Below are positions 61,669 through 64,000 of a stretch of 64,000 nt of DNA, piece by piece (position 1 is the first letter of the stretch; the number at the start of each line of letters is the position of its first letter). The notes under the pieces were generated by a model, which searched no databases, had not been told where the DNA came from, and was given only the letters and a program-made list of their open reading frames with translations. The stretch is from Candidatus Zixiibacteriota bacterium (GTDB lineage: Bacteria; Zixibacteria; MSB-5A5; GN15; JAAZOE01): assembly GCA_043819555.1 (NCBI GenBank), contig JBDREQ010000063.1, positions 1 to 64,000 of the forward strand, written 5' to 3'. The translations under genes and the position numbers were made by a program.

Positions 61669-62247
61669 ATGAAAAAAGACATTATTGCAAAAATATTCAT
61701 AGGCGCACCTGTTACGCTTGCAATTGGTATTATTCTGGGAGCAATTGGATACCATTTTTTTAGCGATAAATACGAATTAAAATATGCGCTTTATTCCGGT
61801 CCGGGGATGGCGATTGGTGCAAGCGGAAATGAAACATATTTTCCCTATACAATTAGCGTAAAAAATTCGGGCGATATTCCATTAACCAATTTAGATATTT
61901 ACCCTCCACTCAATGGTACTATAGCAAATATTGGTATTTTCCCAAGGAATCTGATTGGCGAATTTGAAAAAGATTCTGCCGTCTTTGTTGGTGATTCCGT
62001 GTTAAGTCTTTCTCGCAAATCTTTCGCAATTGATTCAGAGCTTGAGATCAACTTTGTTGTAAATGGTGTATTAATTAAAAGTGATATGGCAATCTCCTGC
62101 GATGAAGTTATTGCTTCTCAAATGGAGAATAATTCAGATGATTTTCTGGGTTTCACATCTTTCGCGGGGCTTGGTTTTGTCGCAGCCGTAGCTGCATTTT
62201 TGTCAATAATTGGCCAAAATGTAGAGGCTTTAATTAGGAAACGTTAA
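61669..62247 (+). CDS. Hypothetical membrane protein (N- and C-terminal TM)
   Basis: GGAGG RBS before MKKDII; two hydrophobic segments. Confidence 0.7.
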   Translation: MKKDIIAKIFIGAPVTLAIGIILGAIGYHFFSDKYELKYALYSGPGMAIGASGNETYFPYTISVKNSGDIPLTNLDIYPPLNGTIANIGIFPRNLIGEFEKDSAVFVGDSVLSLSRKSFAIDSELEINFVVNGVLIKSDMAISCDEVIASQMENNSDDFLGFTSFAGLGFVAAVAAFLSIIGQNVEALIRKR

Positions 62248-62345
62248 AAAAAGAAAAAGCAATCATCTTCCGAATGAGCAAAACAAATTTCCCCTCCATT
62301 TATCCATTGAATTATTATTAAAATAAACTTATCTTAAGCGCGATC

Positions 62346-63218
62346 ATGGTTAAAAACATTTTTCAATTATTGCGCCCGCATCAATGGATTAAAAACGGGA
62401 TTGTCCTAACCGGACTTATCTTTTCCGGCAGCGCCAACAATCCCGATATGGCAATTACCGCTCTTATTGCCACCGGACTGTTTTGTTTGCTCTCGTCCGC
62501 TGTTTATATCATCAACGACATTGCCGACGCTAAGGCCGATCGCAATCATCCCCGCAAAGCCAAACGCCCGATCGCGTCCGGACGAATACGCAAATCAACC
62601 GCAATGGTGTTGGCATTGCTCCTCTCCGCCGGATCGCTCGGGGGGGCATATTTATTAAGCTGGGGATTTTTCTTAACCGCCGCAGGCTATTTCGTATTGC
62701 AGATTGCTTATACATTTCATCTGAAGCACGTCGTAATAATTGATGTCATGTCAATCGCGGCCGGATTTGTTTTGCGCGCTTTTGCCGGGGCGGTTGTCAT
62801 TGGCGTCAATTTCTCGGGCTGGCTTTTGATTACCTCGTTTCTCCTGGCACTCTTTTTGGGTTTCGGTAAACGGCGCCACGAAATCGTTATGCTTGAAAGT
62901 GGCAGCAAAGACCACCGGCGTATCCTTGAAAGTTATTCAAGCTATTTTCTCGACCAATTAATGGGTATTGTTACGCCGGCCATTTTGGTCTGCTACCTGC
63001 TCTATGCCATTTCATCCGATGTCCAGATGCGGCTGGGAACCGAATATTTTTATCTGACCGTCCCGTTTGTGTTCTACGGCATCTTCAGATATATCTACCT
63101 GATTCACCAGGAACAAAAAGGCGGCTCCCCAACCCGCATTTTGATTACCGACCATCCGATTTTATTGACCGTCGTTCTGTGGTTGCTTAGCTCAATATTG
63201 CTTCTTTATTATTCGTGA
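62346..63218 (+). CDS. UbiA family decaprenyl-phosphate phosphoribosyltransferase-like protein
   Basis: LRPHQWIKN, YIINDIAD..DR.HP.K..RPIASG, GKRR.E, FRY. Confidence 0.92.
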   Translation: MVKNIFQLLRPHQWIKNGIVLTGLIFSGSANNPDMAITALIATGLFCLLSSAVYIINDIADAKADRNHPRKAKRPIASGRIRKSTAMVLALLLSAGSLGGAYLLSWGFFLTAAGYFVLQIAYTFHLKHVVIIDVMSIAAGFVLRAFAGAVVIGVNFSGWLLITSFLLALFLGFGKRRHEIVMLESGSKDHRRILESYSSYFLDQLMGIVTPAILVCYLLYAISSDVQMRLGTEYFYLTVPFVFYGIFRYIYLIHQEQKGGSPTRILITDHPILLTVVLWLLSSILLLYYS

Positions 63219-63266
63219 GCGCCACCGATAATCTAACATATAATTGGCTGGAACCATCATCGTCTT

Positions 63267-63296
63267 ATTGACATTAAAGTCAATCCTTCATATTAT
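63267..63296 (+). promoter_or_regulatory. Sigma70 promoter of greA with an overlapping palindromic operator-like site
   Basis: TTGACA-N17-TATTAT (63268-63296); ATTGAC-N6-GTCAAT at 63267-63284. Confidence 0.65.
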
Positions 63297-63330
63297 TATT
63301 AAGACGTTAACGAAATGAGTTTGAGGAAAA

Positions 63331-63810
63331 ATGGCTGATTCTAACGAAGTATATGTGTCCGAAGAAGGACTGGAAAAAATGAAAGCGGAACTGCGGCGCT
63401 TAAAACGAGAAGAGCGTCCCCGGATCGTGGCTGAAATTAAGCGGGCACGGGAAATGGGAGACCTTTCCGAGAACGCCGAATATCATGCCGCCAAGGAAGC
63501 GCAGACTCATATCGAACGCCAGATTTCCGATTTAGAATTCAAACTGTCGCGCGTTAAAGTAATCAGGCGCGATGAAGTCGCCAAGGGCAAGGCTTATTTA
63601 TTCGCCAGGGTAACGGTCGTTGATGTCGACGATGAAGATGATGAAGAGACCTATACTTTGGTTCCCCCCGACGAAGTTGATGTTGATAAAAATCATATTT
63701 CTATCGAGTCGCCCATCGGAATTGGATTGCGCGGAAAAGAGGTGGGTGATATCGCCGAAATCCAGGTCCCGGCCGGAACGATCAAATTTAAGATTACGAA
63801 GATTGAATGA
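63331..63810 (+). CDS. greA: Transcription elongation factor GreA
   Basis: AREMGDLSENAEYHAAKE, ISIESPIG, VPAG. Confidence 0.96.
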   Translation: MADSNEVYVSEEGLEKMKAELRRLKREERPRIVAEIKRAREMGDLSENAEYHAAKEAQTHIERQISDLEFKLSRVKVIRRDEVAKGKAYLFARVTVVDVDDEDDEETYTLVPPDEVDVDKNHISIESPIGIGLRGKEVGDIAEIQVPAGTIKFKITKIE

Positions 63811-64000
63811 CTGAATTTAAACGAAACGTTTGTACCACAGGGTACATAATTTCCATTTCGTACACTATTTAATTTTGACCGCCTCCCATAACGCATTTTC
63901 AATCGTATGTTATTTAAGCGGTTGCCCAGTGCCTGATATCATCGCACAGCGGGCATGTTATTTGATTGTTGGAATGCGAGGATGAATATTATTTTCAAAT

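Overview
A 64-kb chromosomal window from a diderm (LPS-making) bacterium. Secreted proteins ending in type I dockerin-like or Por/FlgD-like tails point to the FCB lineage, most plausibly candidate division Zixibacteria (inference). The left third is an origin-type housekeeping block on the minus strand: dciA-like, gyrB, a dockerin protein, rpmH, rnpA, yidD, yidC, mnmE, mnmG, rsmG, parA, parB, M23 peptidase, bactofilin, moxR, iaaA and DUF58. It has two parS sites but no dnaA, dnaN, recF or gyrA. The rest holds PPIase chaperones, secreted proteases, kdsA-kdsC-kdsD-lpxL, a cardiolipin synthase, exosortase/EpsI, a heterodimeric ABC exporter, rmlACBD, an LpoA-like protein and greA. I recognised no rRNA, tRNA or CRISPR array. 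The most interesting signals are: (1) a palindromic-repeat element present both 'filled' with a GIY-YIG nuclease gene and 'empty'; (2) an AT-rich island with a P-loop kinase/nucleoside-deoxyribosyltransferase-like fusion gene split by one base in a homopolymer, plus a small partner gene; (3) an indel-free 117-bp direct repeat with a perfect DnaA box and a hairpin that is kept despite sequence change, bracketing the kds operon; (4) a leader-peptide/terminator attenuator ahead of the ABC exporter; (5) several dockerin-tagged non-cellulosomal proteins. All calls come from motif recognition by eye; no database searches were run.
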